64,000 nucleotides of DNA from Mobula hypostoma (Eukaryota), in assembly GCF_963921235.1 (NCBI RefSeq), contig NC_086097.1:177260001-177324000 (forward strand), read 5' to 3'. Position 1 is the first letter of the stretch; each line of letters starts with the position of its first letter. The position numbers and the translations under genes were made by a program. This document shows, piece by piece, positions 61,490-64,000 of this stretch. A model generated the notes under the pieces. It was not told the origin of the DNA and did not search any database. It was given only the letters and a program-made list of their open reading frames with translations.

Positions 61490-64000
61490 GACTAAGATGT
61501 TAACTGTCCTGTGCTATCACCAGTGGGATTATCAGTTGATCTGCCACCTGTCTTCAGGAGTTTCGGCCCACTTATGATCAAGACTCCCTCGAGGTGGTGG
61601 GCCAGCAGTGCTAAAGAACCACCTCCCACTGGTGAGCTTAAAAACTTGGCATCTGCCTCTATCAGAGTTGTTGGTTACTTCCATCCAACAGACAGTCTGC
61701 TCTTCAGGTGTCTATGCAACTACTGAAGGGTTTGCAAGATATGTATACACTGTCTGACCGTCTGCCCCTCTGGACATACTTGGTCCACACCCATGCTGAA
61801 CCTTTTTCTGCTGCCTCAGCTACAGCCCTGCTGGTTGACTTGATCTCTCTTCTAGTGAAGCCAAGGTCACGCAGCCACTTCCAGAGAGTGAATGCAATAA
61901 ACCCACGGCAGCCTACTTCAAATGGATAGCATGAGACCTTCCACCCTCTGTCTCTGCACTCTGATCTTAACTCTGCATACTTGGTTAACTTGCGCTCATG
62001 GGCTTCATCGATGTTGTCTTCCCAGGGGACTGTGAGTTCACCAATAACCACTTCTCTACTGGTGTCAGACCATACGATTATATCTGGACGCAATGTTGTG
62101 AAAGCTATTTGCTCCGGGAAACTGCCTTTCCCGTCCAAGTCAGCCTTGACACACCAATCATTGGCTGAAGAAAGTATGCTTGATCGTGAGCCTGTGCTGT
62201 ACACCCTTGACTTGGAGCCTTCTTTCACAAATGATATGCGATGTTCTGTGCAGCATGGGGCATGAGATAAGTTGTGTTGCAGTACTCTCTGCTCAACCGC
62301 TTCTGTTACAACTTTGAGAACGTTGTTATGTCTCCAAGTGTACATGCCGCTGGAAAGATTGACTCTGCATGCACTCAAGATATGTTGACTTCTCGCCACA
62401 AGCAGCACACCTGTCTGTCTTCTCTTCATACCAGGTGCTGAGGTTGGCAGGCGTTGGGAGTAGATCGTACGCTGCTCTGCAGAAAAAAGAAATGCGGAGC
62501 AGTTCCATCTGCCAGAGAACATTCCAAGATAGATGTCGTTGTTCAACACTTTCCCACCGGGTCCAAGCCCCTTGTTTGGCCAGGCCAGCTGTTTTAGTTA
62601 ACCTCTTCTCCTCTTCTACCTCTCGTACTTCTTGTGTTACAACCTCACGGCACTCCTTACCTGTAGAAGATGACCACCACTTGTGGGTTGTCCACCCAAG
62701 TCCCTGGTGGCCTAGCTGGATAGCCCCAACTGTCTCCTTGTGCTTCAATCTAGACTCTACCTCATCAACTGCTACACGGGCTGACCACTTCCTGCCTGAT
62801 CTCACATCCAGCTGGGTGTTCTTGATGACAGGGTCTTCTGAGTCTTGAAGCATCACGAATGATCTTACCTTGGCTACCTTGACCTCCTCAACAAGGGATT
62901 GCACTGGGATGGTAAGCTTTGTCTGGCTACTGTGGATTGCAACATTGGTGAGGCTGCTCGGTACTCCAAGCCACTTCTTCACATACTTGTTAATCTTCCG
63001 TTCCATTGCCTCAACATGGGACATTACCACTTCATAGACAGTTAGCGGCCACATTATTCGTGGCATCAATCCGTACTGCAAGCACCACAACTTCAACTTG
63101 CCAGGCAAGCCACACTTGTCAACAGACATCAGGCCTCTGCTGATCTGTTCTCCTGTCTCTTGAACCCTCTTGGTGTCTCTCAGCTCCTCTGTGTACCATC
63201 GCCCGAGGCTCTTAACTGGTTGGTCCTGAATGGATGGAATCTCCTCTCCACAAATGGTGAAATGAAAGTCAACCAGCTTTCCTCTCCTAAGAACAAGACT
63301 CCTTGACTTCTTGGTCTTGAACTTCATTCTTCCCCAATCCATTAGCTCCTCCAGTCTAGATAGTACATTTTCCACTGCCCCCGTGCTGGGACCCAAAAGG
63401 GTGAGATCGTCCATGAACGTTCGTATTGGTGGTAACTCCTCTCCACCATCAAGTGCGACACCTGGTCCCACTGATTCTGCAGCCCTCACAATGACCTCCA
63501 TGGCTAACACAAAAAGGATGGGTGAAATCGCACATCCCATTGGGATTCCAACATCCAAGCTCTGCCACCTAGTTGTAAACTGCTGAATGGAAAACCTCAT
63601 CCGGAAATCGTTGTAGTACTGCATAACAAAGTTCCTCACCTTAGCGGGAATCCATAGGAATTCCATCACAAACTCAACCAGGACATGGGGAGCAGAACCA
63701 TATGCATTTGCAAGATCAAGCCAAATTAAAGCCAGATTTCTTCTCAACCTTTTTGACTCCTGGATGGTATGCCATATCATACTAGAATGTACAAGGCATC
63801 CTGGGAAGCCTGGTACTCCTGCCTTCTGCACAGATGTATTTACTAATCCATTCTCTAACACAAATGAAGATATTCTTTCTGCCAGAATGCCAAACATAAT
63901 CTTCCCCTCTACATTCAGGAGTGAAATTGGTTGGAACTGATTCAATGTAGAAGAATTCTCTTCCTTCGGGATGTATACTCCTTCAGCCTCACTCCATGAC
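61490..64000 (-). mobile_element. HERO-clade non-LTR retrotransposon (RT, CCHC, restriction-like endonuclease), near intact, continues beyond the window
   Basis: ISLLNVEGKI, QKAGVPGFPGC, WLDLANAYGS, GIPMGCAISP, FMDDLT; CAAC..HILSAC; YTWRHN; RPDIIVW..ELTVPWE..KLTKY..EVGCRGF. One frameshift near 62389. The 3' end position is approximate. Confidence 0.93.

Overview
Vertebrate nuclear DNA, probably a cartilaginous fish (ray or shark), inferred only from the repeat mix of CR1, Rex1, L2, V-SINE and Penelope elements. The window is intronic or intergenic and almost entirely made of nested transposable elements. I recognise no host protein-coding gene, rRNA, tRNA or CRISPR array. Main elements: a decayed endogenous retrovirus (1-3729), a Tc1 transposon with long terminal repeats (10235-13029), a near-intact CR1 ORF2 (13451-16383), a non-autonomous Harbinger, two L1 fragments, a chromodomain Gypsy, an RTE, a Buster/Charlie-type hAT, and a near-intact HERO restriction-endonuclease LINE at the right edge. 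Two Penelope-like families are also present. The most notable signal is a size series of palindromic, TSD-flanked Penelope derivatives (166, 272 and 1580 bp) carrying minimal hammerhead ribozyme motifs. A few short unique islands may hold exons or enhancers, but I cannot assign them. All calls are by-eye motif recognition; boundaries without TSD or TIR support are approximate.
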